Source: Candidatus Uhrbacteria bacterium RIFCSPHIGHO2_02_FULL_53_13
Lineage (GTDB): Bacteria; Patescibacteriota; Patescibacteriia; UBA9934; UBA11717
Assembly (NCBI GenBank): GCA_001791035.1
Contig: MGDX01000006.1
Span: 1,787 to 39,015, forward strand
Reading direction: 5' to 3'
Length of the DNA stretch: 37,229 nucleotides
Shown: piece after piece, positions 1 to 7,623 of the stretch
How the letters are laid out: each line of letters starts with the position of its first letter
How positions within the stretch are numbered: the stretch's first letter is position 1
Notes under the pieces: model-generated
Databases searched by the model: none
The model's input: the letters and a program-made list of their open reading frames with translations, nothing else
What the model was told of the DNA's origin: nothing
Translations under genes and position numbers: made by a program

Positions 1-8
1 TGAATAGT

Positions 9-551
9 ATGTCTTTACTCAAATCACACTATTCAACGAAGGTGGCACCGGCATTGAAGGCGTCGCTTGGAAAGAAGAATATCCACGCGGTTCCAAAGAT
101 GGAGAAAGTCACCTTGAACGTGGGGCTCGGTTCTGGACTCAAGGATAGTCAGTTTCAGGAAACGGTAGCCAAATCGTTGCAACGCATCTCGGGACAGAAA
201 CCGGTGTTGACGAAGGCGCGCAAATCTATTGCCGCGTTCAAGATTCGCCAAGGCATGCCCATCGGCATAAAAGTGACGCTTCGAGGACCGCGCATGTATG
301 ATTTTGTCGAAAAGCTGGTTGCGGTGACGTTTCCTCGCGTGCGCGATTTTCGCGGTATCGATCGCAAGAGTGTGGATCAATCCGGGAACTTCAACTACGG
401 ATTCAAGGAACACATTGCCTTTCCGGAAATTTCGTCCGACGAAGTGGAGCGCTTACACGGATTGCAAGTGACCATCACCACGTCTGCCAAGACGCGCGAA
501 GATGGCATAGCGCTGTTTGAGGCTCTGGGCTTCCCCTTTAAAGCAACATAA
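9..551 (+). CDS. rplE: 50S ribosomal protein L5 (uL5)
   Basis: Motifs ISGQKPVLTKARKSIAAFKIRQG, VTLRG, PRVRDFRG, IAFPEI; spc operon context. Confidence 0.98.
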   Translation: MSLLKSHYSTKVAPALKASLGKKNIHAVPKMEKVTLNVGLGSGLKDSQFQETVAKSLQRISGQKPVLTKARKSIAAFKIRQGMPIGIKVTLRGPRMYDFVEKLVAVTFPRVRDFRGIDRKSVDQSGNFNYGFKEHIAFPEISSDEVERLHGLQVTITTSAKTREDGIALFEALGFPFKAT

Positions 552-569
552 CGTATTGTTTCCTCCCCT

Positions 570-755
570 ATGGCAAAAACATCACAAATCGTGAAGTCTC
601 GTCGCAAGCCGAAATTCAGCACGCGATTGGTTCGACGGTGCTGGAAGTGCGGCCGCTATCGCAGTTTCATGCGGGACTTTGATTTGTGTCGCATCTGTTT
701 TCGCGAACTGGCCAACCGAGGGGAAATTCCGGGTATCACAAAAGCAAGTTGGTAG
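570..755 (+). CDS. rpsN: 30S ribosomal protein S14, Zn-binding short form
   Basis: 61 aa, MAKTS...RRCWKCGR...[10 protein letters not shown]...GITKASW (two CxxC motifs). Confidence 0.97.
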   Translation: MAKTSQIVKSRRKPKFSTRLVRRCWKCGRYRSFMRDFDLCRICFRELANRGEIPGITKASW

Positions 756-756
756 T

Positions 757-1152
757 ATGACAACGAACGATCCAATCTCCGACATGCTCACGCGCATTCG
801 TAATGCGCAGTTGGCTGGCCACAAGACGGTTCGCGTTCCACGCTCGAACATGAAGTTTGCGATTGCCAAGATTCTGGAAACCGAGGGGTACTTGGCAGAG
901 GTCGGTGAAGCGGAGGGGACCGCGTTTCCGGAGCTCGAACTTACGCTCAAGTACAAGGGCCGCACGCCGATTATCCGCGAACTCAAGCGTGTCTCAAAAC
1001 CCGGCCGCCGCATTTACACGAAAGCAAAGGACTTGCCGCGCGTCTATTCGGACATCGGGATCGCGATTCTTTCGACACCAAACGGTGTGATGACGAATAA
1101 AGACGCGCGTCGTCAGCGATTGGGCGGTGAAGTCTTGTGTACGATTTTTTAA
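757..1152 (+). CDS. rpsH: 30S ribosomal protein S8
   Basis: DPISDMLTRIRNA, RVSKPGRRIY, GGEVLC; start trimmed to the ATG at 757 just after the rpsN stop. Confidence 0.97.
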   Translation: MTTNDPISDMLTRIRNAQLAGHKTVRVPRSNMKFAIAKILETEGYLAEVGEAEGTAFPELELTLKYKGRTPIIRELKRVSKPGRRIYTKAKDLPRVYSDIGIAILSTPNGVMTNKDARRQRLGGEVLCTIF

Positions 1153-1155
1153 CCT

Positions 1156-1713
1156 ATGTCACGCATCGGAAAAAATCCTGTCGTCATTCCCGCGAACGTT
1201 GAGACTCGTATCAACGATGGCGTGGTGAGCATGAAAGGCCCCAACGGAACGCTGGAGCAGACCATGCACGCGCACGCGCGTGTGGAGCTTCGCGATGGTG
1301 GAACGGGCAAGGAGCTCGTCGTGACCATGGTGGATTTGGATTCAAAAGAGAACCGCTCGCTGTGGGGAACCATGCGCACGCTTTTGCAAAACATGGTGAC
1401 GGGCGTGACGGAAGGATTCAAAAAGCAACTGGAAGTGAACGGCGTGGGGTACAAGGTGGCTCTGCAAGGGAATGGGCTCAAGCTCGATGTCGGATTCTCG
1501 CACTCGATCATGTACGCGCTTCCCGACGGCGTAAAAGCCGAGGTGGAGAAAAACATCATCACGCTTTCGGGGGCGAGCAAAGCGCTCGTCGGTCAAACGG
1601 CGGCGGAGATTCGAAAGGTTCGTCCACCGGAGCCGTACAAGGGCAAGGGGATTAAATATGTTGATGAGGTGATTCGACGCAAAGCCGGAAAGGCTGCAAA
1701 AGCGTCCGCATAA
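1156..1713 (+). CDS. rplF: 50S ribosomal protein L6
   Basis: MSRIGKNPV, GVGYK, GFSH, RPPEPYKGKGIKY. Confidence 0.98.
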   Translation: MSRIGKNPVVIPANVETRINDGVVSMKGPNGTLEQTMHAHARVELRDGGTGKELVVTMVDLDSKENRSLWGTMRTLLQNMVTGVTEGFKKQLEVNGVGYKVALQGNGLKLDVGFSHSIMYALPDGVKAEVEKNIITLSGASKALVGQTAAEIRKVRPPEPYKGKGIKYVDEVIRRKAGKAAKASA

Positions 1714-1716
1714 CAT

Positions 1717-2064
1717 ATGTCCATATCAGACAAACAACGATTGCGCACTGCAAGAGCGCGGCGAACGCGCGCACGCATGCACGGAACGGCGGCCTGTCCG
1801 CGGCTTTCCGTCTTTCGTTCGGCAAAACATTTTTCTGCACAGCTCATTGACGATGATGCCGGCCGTACTCTGGCGGCTGTTTCGGACAAGGGAATCCAAG
1901 CGGAGAGCCCAACTGCTGCGGCGCAGCAGCTTGGCGTACTCATGGCGAGCCAAGCGAAGAACATCAAAGTGGATTGTGTGGTGTTTGATCGCGGCGCTTA
2001 TGCCTATCACGGTCGTGTGAAGGCGTTTGCCGATGGCGCGCGCAGTGGCGGACTGATTTTTTAA
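1717..2064 (+). CDS. rplR: 50S ribosomal protein L18
   Basis: PRLSVFRS, AQLIDD, VVFDRG..YHGRVKAFADGAR. Confidence 0.97.
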   Translation: MSISDKQRLRTARARRTRARMHGTAACPRLSVFRSAKHFSAQLIDDDAGRTLAAVSDKGIQAESPTAAAQQLGVLMASQAKNIKVDCVVFDRGAYAYHGRVKAFADGARSGGLIF

Positions 2065-2065
2065 C

Positions 2066-2803
2066 ATGCCTATGTCGACGGAAGAACATCAAGCATCGGT
2101 GAACGAGAATCAAGCATCGGGAATCTCGAATCAAGCAGAGTCGGAAACAACGATGGCGGTTTTGGATACCGCAACGGAGGTATCGGCTTCCGGAACTCCA
2201 GCGCCTTCGAGCGATGGGGAGCGCGGTGGACGCGGAGGTCAGCGTCGTCCTCGCCGCACGCGCGAGCGTGAACCGCGTGAATTTGAACAGACGATTCTTG
2301 ATCTTGCTCGTGTCACGCGCGTGACGAAAGGAGGTAAGCGCATGCGATTCCGCGTGGCGCTCGTGATCGGGGACAAAAAGGGACGCGTAGGATTTGGCGT
2401 GGCCAAAGGCGCCGATGTTCAAATGTCCATTCAGAAGGCGTACCATCAAGCGAAGAAGAACGTGACGAATTTGGAATTGGTGAACGGAACGTTTCCACAT
2501 CGCGTTTCAGCGTCGTTTAGCTCGGCGGATGTGTTGCTCATGCCGGCTCCAAGCGGAACGGGACTCAAGGCCGGTGGAGCCGTGCGTACGATTTTAGAAC
2601 TCGGCGGCGTGAGCGATGCGGTGGGAAAAATTCTTCGAGGCCACAATAAATTGAATGTTGCCAAAGCCGTGTTTAACGCGTTGAGTCAGATGACCATTCC
2701 AGAAGGCGTGACGACGGATAAGGAACAGCGCGCATCCAAGCGGAAAGAAATTCGTAAGGAGGCTTCCAAAAAGGTCGCAAAGAAAACGACCGCAAAGAGC
2801 TAG
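2066..2803 (+). CDS. rpsE: 30S ribosomal protein S5 with long N-terminal extension
   Basis: RVTRVTKGGKRMRF, GRVGFGVAK, PAPSGTGLKAGGAVR. Confidence 0.97.
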   Translation: MPMSTEEHQASVNENQASGISNQAESETTMAVLDTATEVSASGTPAPSSDGERGGRGGQRRPRRTREREPREFEQTILDLARVTRVTKGGKRMRFRVALVIGDKKGRVGFGVAKGADVQMSIQKAYHQAKKNVTNLELVNGTFPHRVSASFSSADVLLMPAPSGTGLKAGGAVRTILELGGVSDAVGKILRGHNKLNVAKAVFNALSQMTIPEGVTTDKEQRASKRKEIRKEASKKVAKKTTAKS

Positions 2804-2806
2804 GAT

Positions 2807-3241
2807 ATGCCAATGACATTACACACCATCAAGCCGTCTCCGGGTTCTCGAAAGCGCAAGCTTCGTGTTGGTCGCGGACTGGCACGGCGAGGCGCGATGT
2901 CCGGGCGCGGTACGAAAGGACAGCGTGCTCGTTCGGGCGGCAAGAGCGGGCTCAAGGTGAAAGGATTGCGACAAACGCTTTTGCGTATCCCAAAATCGCG
3001 CGGATTCAAATCGCCGGTCGTGAAGGCGGCGACGGTGAGTCTTCGTGATGTGAATGACGTATCGTTGAAAGTCATTTCGCCGTCGAGTCTTAAAAAGATT
3101 GGATTGGTGAAAGAAACGCGGTACGGAGTGAAAATTTTAGGTACCGGCGCGCTTACAAAGGCGCTTACCGTAAAAGGATGCCAAGTCACGCAGTCGGCAA
3201 AAAAGCAGATTGAAGCAGCCGGAGGAACGATCGCAAGTTAG
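2807..3241 (+). CDS. rplO: 50S ribosomal protein L15
   Basis: RVGRG...SGRGTKGQRARSG, RIPKSRGF, VKILGTG, IEAAGG. Confidence 0.96.
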   Translation: MPMTLHTIKPSPGSRKRKLRVGRGLARRGAMSGRGTKGQRARSGGKSGLKVKGLRQTLLRIPKSRGFKSPVVKAATVSLRDVNDVSLKVISPSSLKKIGLVKETRYGVKILGTGALTKALTVKGCQVTQSAKKQIEAAGGTIAS

Positions 3242-3246
3242 AGAGA

Positions 3247-3338
3247 GGAAGTTGAGAAGTTAGAGATCAGAGGTCCGAGGTCGGAACTGCGAGGCCCCTC
3301 GTAAGGAGTCAACGGCCAATAGCCAAAAGATCATAGCC
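3247..3338 (+). repeat. Intergenic heptamer-repeat element, copy 1
   Basis: GGAAGTT/AGAAGTT/AGAGATC/AGAGGTC/CGAGGTC/GGAACTG units followed by AACGGCC/AATAGCC units; related copy at 15648-15722. Confidence 0.7.
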
Positions 3339-3343
3339 AAAAT

Positions 3344-4630
3344 ATGTTTGAAGCGTTTAGACGCATTTGGAATATTAAAGCCCTTCGCAAAAGTATCGGC
3401 TTCGTGATTCTCATGCTGATGCTGTTTCGATTTTTGGCAACCATTCCGGTGCCGGGGATTGATCCGGCATTAGTGCGCTCGGCTCTGGAAGGCAATCAGT
3501 TTTTTGGCTTGCTCAACATTTTTTCCGGCGGAACGCTCGAAAGCTTTTCTGTGGTGGCTCTTGGTGTGGCCCCTTACATTACAAGTTCGATTATTTTTCA
3601 ACTTTTAGTGATGGTCGTTCCATCTCTCAAGCGCATGCAAAAAGAGGAAGGAGAAGCGGGGCGCCAAAAAATGAATCAGATTACCCGTTGGGTTTCGGTG
3701 CCGCTTGCCGCCATCCAGGCCTACGGATTCATTGCGCTCATCTCTCAAGGGAGTGGCGGTGGAGCAGGACAGGGCCTGCTCATTATGGGTTTTAGTCTTT
3801 TTATGGCCATGCTCGTGATGATTGCCGGTTCGGTGTTCTTGATGTGGATTGGAGAGATTATCACAGAGAAAGGCATTGGGAACGGATTGTCCATCTTGAT
3901 TCTTGCGGGAATTATTGCGGCGTTTCCACGCTATCTTCAACAAACGATCGCTACGTTTGATCAAAGTCAAATCGTGAATATGGTGGTGTTTGCGATTGTG
4001 GCTCTCGTGACCATTGTGGTGGTTGTTGCGCTCAATGAAGCGAGCCGCAATGTGCCTGTGCATTATGCACGCCACCATGCAGGCAATCGGTTGAGCGGCG
4101 GCGTCAACTCTCAAATTCCGCTTAAAGTACTTATGGCCGGAGTGATTCCAATTATCTTCGCTATTTCGGTGGTGCTCTTTCCAACCATGATTGCACAATT
4201 CTTCTTGCACGCACAGTCGCCGACCTTGATTACGCTTGCCGAGTGGGTTCTGCGTACGTTCCAGAACAACTGGGTGTACGGCATTCTGTACTTCGTGCTC
4301 GTGTTTGGATTCACGTACTTCTACACAGGTGTCATTTTTCAACCAGACGAGATGGCAGAAAATTTACAAAAGCAAGGTGCGTTTATTCCTGGCGTGCGTC
4401 CGGGAACGCACACGGAGGCGTTTTTGCGCAATGTCATGAACCGTATCTTGCTTCTGGGAGCGACGGCTCTTGCAGTCATTGCCGTACTTCCGGTGGCCAT
4501 GCAGCCGCTCACGGGCTCGCAAACGTTAGTCGTCGGCGGAACGTCACTTCTTATTATTGTTGCGGTGGTGATTGATATTGTGCGCCAAACCGAAGCTCGG
4601 TTGGTGAGCTACGAGTACGAGCAGTTGTAG
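3344..4630 (+). CDS. secY: Preprotein translocase subunit SecY
   Basis: Multi-TM protein with IPVPGID, ALGVAPYITSSII, GIGNGLS, AGVIPIIFA, FIPGVRPG, GGTSLLI. Confidence 0.98.
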   Translation: MFEAFRRIWNIKALRKSIGFVILMLMLFRFLATIPVPGIDPALVRSALEGNQFFGLLNIFSGGTLESFSVVALGVAPYITSSIIFQLLVMVVPSLKRMQKEEGEAGRQKMNQITRWVSVPLAAIQAYGFIALISQGSGGGAGQGLLIMGFSLFMAMLVMIAGSVFLMWIGEIITEKGIGNGLSILILAGIIAAFPRYLQQTIATFDQSQIVNMVVFAIVALVTIVVVVALNEASRNVPVHYARHHAGNRLSGGVNSQIPLKVLMAGVIPIIFAISVVLFPTMIAQFFLHAQSPTLITLAEWVLRTFQNNWVYGILYFVLVFGFTYFYTGVIFQPDEMAENLQKQGAFIPGVRPGTHTEAFLRNVMNRILLLGATALAVIAVLPVAMQPLTGSQTLVVGGTSLLIIVAVVIDIVRQTEARLVSYEYEQL

Positions 4631-4671
4631 AAAAATAGGAGTGCCGCGATTTTTACAGAGATCTTGTAAGT

Positions 4672-4854
4672 AAAACCCGGGGTTGGTGGAGCCGACGGGA
4701 TTTGAACCCGCAATGGCTGGTGTGGACTCAGCTAAGGTTACCGTTACCTTCACGGCCCCGGCTCCAGTCCCCGGGATATCAACAATAAAACTCCGCCAAC
4801 AATGAGGGGAGTTTATTGCCACACCAACTGGGACCGTAAAGGTCTTAGCTGAGT
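4672..4854 (-). ncRNA. Putative ~180-nt structured RNA comprising an antisense leader and the tRNA-like domain
   Basis: Several long complementary pairs (4844-4854/4726-4736, 4819-4828/4716-4725, 4759-4766/4687-4694, 4769-4775/4676-4682), a leader hairpin at 4783-4818, and a terminal U4; G:U pairs favour the minus strand. Confidence 0.6.
4684..4759 (-). tRNA. Non-canonical tRNA/tRNA-like RNA with Ala-type acceptor stem (G3:U70, A73) and anticodon loop reading CCA (or CAC in a 9-nt loop)
   Basis: Minus strand GGGGCCG TG AAGG TAACGGTAA CCTT A GCTGA GTCCACA CCAGC CATT GCGGG TTCAAAT CCCGT CGGCTCC A CCA; 76 nt cloverleaf with TTC T-loop and encoded CCA. Confidence 0.8.
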
Positions 4855-4860
4855 GATATT

Positions 4861-4889
4861 ATTGAATCAATATTCTCCACATCTGTCAA
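4861..4889 (-). promoter_or_regulatory. Candidate sigma70 promoter for the tRNA-like RNA
   Basis: TTGACA (4889-4884), 17 bp, TTCAAT (4866-4861, imperfect -10); predicted start near 4854. Confidence 0.5.
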
Positions 4890-4933
4890 GTGGATAACTA
4901 TAGTCATTTCATAGTGTGATGACCATATGTTCA

Positions 4934-4962
4934 TTGCAAAGAAGATGACATTTGTTTAAACT
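4934..4962 (+). promoter_or_regulatory. Candidate sigma70 promoter for adk (near-leaderless mRNA)
   Basis: TTGCAA-17 bp-TAAACT ending 8 nt before the ATG at 4971. Confidence 0.5.
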
Positions 4963-4970
4963 ACGCCCGT

Positions 4971-5603
4971 ATGATTGTCATTATTCTCGGACCGCAAGGA
5001 TCAGGAAAAGGTACGCAAGGAAAAAAACTCGCCGAGTTTTTTGGCGTTCCATTTGTGAGCGCGGGAGAGTTACTGCGCGAGGAAGCGGCATTGGGATCGG
5101 AGCTCGGCCGACGGATTCATGAGATTATCAACGTGCAAGGCGAGCTCGTTCCGCCGGAAGTGATTACGGATTTGCTGGATGCTCGTAGAATGAAAGATGA
5201 TGCCAAGCAGGGCATGATCATTGACAGCTACCCGCGTGATCTTCAGCAACTGGAACTCATGCGTAAACGATTTACGCCGGACGTGGTAGTGGTACTCAAT
5301 CTTTCCGACGACGAAGCGATCAAGCGCCTTGGCGGTCGAAGGCAATGCCCTGACGGCCACATTTATCATCTTGTGTTCAATCCGCCGAAGAGGGAAGGCG
5401 TATGCGATGTGGATGGCAAACAACTTTTGGTACGCGATGACGATCGTGAGGAGGCCATACGCAATCGACTTGGATGGCATCGCGGTAAAACAGAACCGAT
5501 GATTGGGGCGATGGAACAGAGTGGCGTGCGCGTAGTGCATGTGGATGCGTCGGCGGGGATTGACGATGTGCAAAACGCTGTGCGTAAAATCGTCGGAATA
5601 TAG
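4971..5603 (+). CDS. adk: Adenylate kinase
   Basis: P-loop GPQGSGKGTQ, SAGELLR, GELVP, DSYPR, LID region ending RDDD; follows secY. Confidence 0.95.
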   Translation: MIVIILGPQGSGKGTQGKKLAEFFGVPFVSAGELLREEAALGSELGRRIHEIINVQGELVPPEVITDLLDARRMKDDAKQGMIIDSYPRDLQQLELMRKRFTPDVVVVLNLSDDEAIKRLGGRRQCPDGHIYHLVFNPPKREGVCDVDGKQLLVRDDDREEAIRNRLGWHRGKTEPMIGAMEQSGVRVVHVDASAGIDDVQNAVRKIVGI

Positions 5604-5605
5604 GT

Positions 5606-6385
5606 ATGGCGCTTGTAAAAACCGCACAGGAAATTTCGCTCTTGCGTGAAGGCGGCGCTCTCTTGAGTCGCGCGCTTGGAGCGGCGCTCGATGCCGCTTC
5701 GTCGGGAGTCACCATGAAGGAGTTGGATGCCATCGCCGAGCGCGTCATTCGCGGCGGTGGAGGCGAGCCGTCTTTTTTGGGATACACCGGCGGTGGCGAC
5801 ATTCCATTTCCGGCGACGGTGTGCATTTCGCGCAACGCGGAAGTTGTGCACGGGCCGGGGAATCGTGACCACGTGCTCGAAGACGGCGATGTTGTGGGAT
5901 TTGACATTGGTTGTTGGTACGAGGGTTTGTGCACAGACATGGCCTACACGGTTGCTATTGGCGATGCGTTATCGGATGCTCGCACGCTGATGAATGTCAC
6001 CAAAGCGGCCCTGCAAAATGGCATCAAAGTCGTCAAAGCGGGGGCAAAACTCCAGAGCATCTCGCAAGCCATTGAAGACACGATTCGACCGCACGGATTT
6101 GGCATTGTGACGAGTTATGTTGGCCATGGGGTTGGACATCGTGTGCACGAAGAGCCGCAGATACCTAATTTTGTGTCTTCGCAATTTCCGAATCCGGAGA
6201 TGAAAGTCGGGATGGTATTGGCGCTTGAACCAATGGTGACTCTCGGCGGCGGTCTTGTGCAAGTCGCCGACGACGGATGGTCTGCTATCACCGTGGACGG
6301 TTCTCTTGCCGCGCACTATGAGCAAACGATTGTGGTGACGGCCGAGGGGTTTGAGATTTTGACTCCGTTTCCCAAAGGGAGGTAG
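5606..6385 (+). CDS. map: Methionine aminopeptidase type I
   Basis: CISRNAEVVHG, DIG..D, GHGVG..VHEEP, ALEPM, AHYEQT. Confidence 0.97.
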   Translation: MALVKTAQEISLLREGGALLSRALGAALDAASSGVTMKELDAIAERVIRGGGGEPSFLGYTGGGDIPFPATVCISRNAEVVHGPGNRDHVLEDGDVVGFDIGCWYEGLCTDMAYTVAIGDALSDARTLMNVTKAALQNGIKVVKAGAKLQSISQAIEDTIRPHGFGIVTSYVGHGVGHRVHEEPQIPNFVSSQFPNPEMKVGMVLALEPMVTLGGGLVQVADDGWSAITVDGSLAAHYEQTIVVTAEGFEILTPFPKGR

Positions 6386-6390
6386 GCGAT

Positions 6391-6822
6391 ATGACTCGCG
6401 TGCTCGGCATTGATTTTGGCACCAAGCGTCTTGGACTTGCGTTCGGCGATCCGTTGACGGGCGTTGCTGTGCCTATTGACACGGTAGAACTTCATGGAAA
6501 CGATCCCGTAAAAGTCGTTTGGGGCATGATTGAACGCGACGGATACGATCATGTGGTCGTGGGCGCACCAAGCGATCCAACGTCGAAATTGCATCAAGCT
6601 GTTGTCGCATTTGCAAAGCAACTCCGCAATGTTTCCGGAATTACCGTGACGCTCGTGGATGAACATCTAACAACGAACATTGCCGATCAACTGGCGCGCG
6701 AACACGGCGGCGCATCGCACGACGACTCGCTTGCCGCCATGCTCATTGTGGAGGAATTTTTGCATGAGATTGCTTCCCGCTTCACCAAGGCTTCGAGGGA
6801 CAAGTCACAGCGTTCGCAATGA
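6391..6822 (+). CDS. yqgF: YqgF/RuvX family RNase H-fold nuclease (pre-16S rRNA maturation)
   Basis: VLGIDFGTKRLGLA, VVVG.P, VDEHLTT, DSLAAMLI. Confidence 0.92.
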   Translation: MTRVLGIDFGTKRLGLAFGDPLTGVAVPIDTVELHGNDPVKVVWGMIERDGYDHVVVGAPSDPTSKLHQAVVAFAKQLRNVSGITVTLVDEHLTTNIADQLAREHGGASHDDSLAAMLIVEEFLHEIASRFTKASRDKSQRSQ

Positions 6823-6823
6823 C
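6766..6823. repeat. REP-like composite repeat, copy 1 (within the yqgF 3' end)
   Basis: GAGATTGCTTC...TTCACCAAGGCTTCGAGGGACAAGTC...GTTCGCAATGAC; core matches the copy at 8907-8932 at 20/26 nt. Confidence 0.65.
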
Positions 6824-6825
6824 AC

Positions 6826-7623
6826 GTGAGTATGACCTCCATCATCACTGCTGTGGTACTCGGAAGCCGTGACTACAAAGATTACGATCGCTTTTATGAC
6901 TTGTATACGAAGGAGCGAGGGAAGGTGATGGTGTTTGGCAAAGGGACGCGGAAATTTCAAAGCAAGCTTGCCGCTCACATGCAACCATTTGCAGAATTGA
7001 CGTGCATGGTAGCTCATGGAAAGCTTTGGTTGCGTCTTGCGGGCGTAGAACGACGGCGCGATTTTCCCGGTGTGCGACGCGATCTTCAAACGCTCGGTCT
7101 CGGACTTGGCCTCAATGAACTGCTCCGTGTCGGCGTGGGTTCCGGAGAGTCGGATGCTTCGCTCTATGCGTTTCTTCTTGACGCTTACGCATGGGTGGAT
7201 GCGCTTTCACCCCCATCGCGCCATCGCACCGCGTTCATTCACAGTGCCATTACACTCAAGTGGCTGATTCTGCTCGGCGTTGGACCGCACTGTGACGCGT
7301 GTGTGATTTGTCACTGTGAACTCGAGCGTGTTGTACAGCCCCACATTTCGGTCATGCACGGCGGATTGGTGTGCACAAAATGTGTTCAACAAGATCGACC
7401 TCGGTTTGCGGATGCTCGTCGCGTGAGCCATGAACTCGTCTCCGCCCTACGATTCCTTGCAATGGCACCGTTTGACGTTTTACTCTCTCGCAGTTTTGAA
7501 CCCCTGCTGAACGATTTAGCTGTTGTCCAGGATCAATTTGTCACGTACCATCTTGAGCGAGAACTTAACACCACTGCATTTATTTATGATCTCAACGATC
7601 AACCGATTGCCGAGCTTGCTTGA
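6826..7623 (+). CDS. recO: DNA repair protein RecO
   Basis: N-terminal OB fold (AVVLGSRDYKDYDR..LYTKERGK..GKG.RK), CxxC...GGLVCxxC zinc motif; start is GTG 6826 or ATG 6832. Confidence 0.92.
   Translation: MSMTSIITAVVLGSRDYKDYDRFYDLYTKERGKVMVFGKGTRKFQSKLAAHMQPFAELTCMVAHGKLWLRLAGVERRRDFPGVRRDLQTLGLGLGLNELLRVGVGSGESDASLYAFLLDAYAWVDALSPPSRHRTAFIHSAITLKWLILLGVGPHCDACVICHCELERVVQPHISVMHGGLVCTKCVQQDRPRFADARRVSHELVSALRFLAMAPFDVLLSRSFEPLLNDLAVVQDQFVTYHLERELNTTAFIYDLNDQPIAELA

Noticed and set aside
4684..4759. tmRNA (ssrA) call for the Ala-like element
   Set aside because: The 5' GGGG and 3' CUCCACCA ends are only 76 nt apart, there is no UCGAC motif or tag reading frame, and the order does not fit a permuted two-piece tmRNA.
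4544..4822. 92-aa minus-strand ORF across the secY-adk spacer
   Set aside because: It overlaps the tRNA-like RNA and the secY end and has no recognisable protein features.
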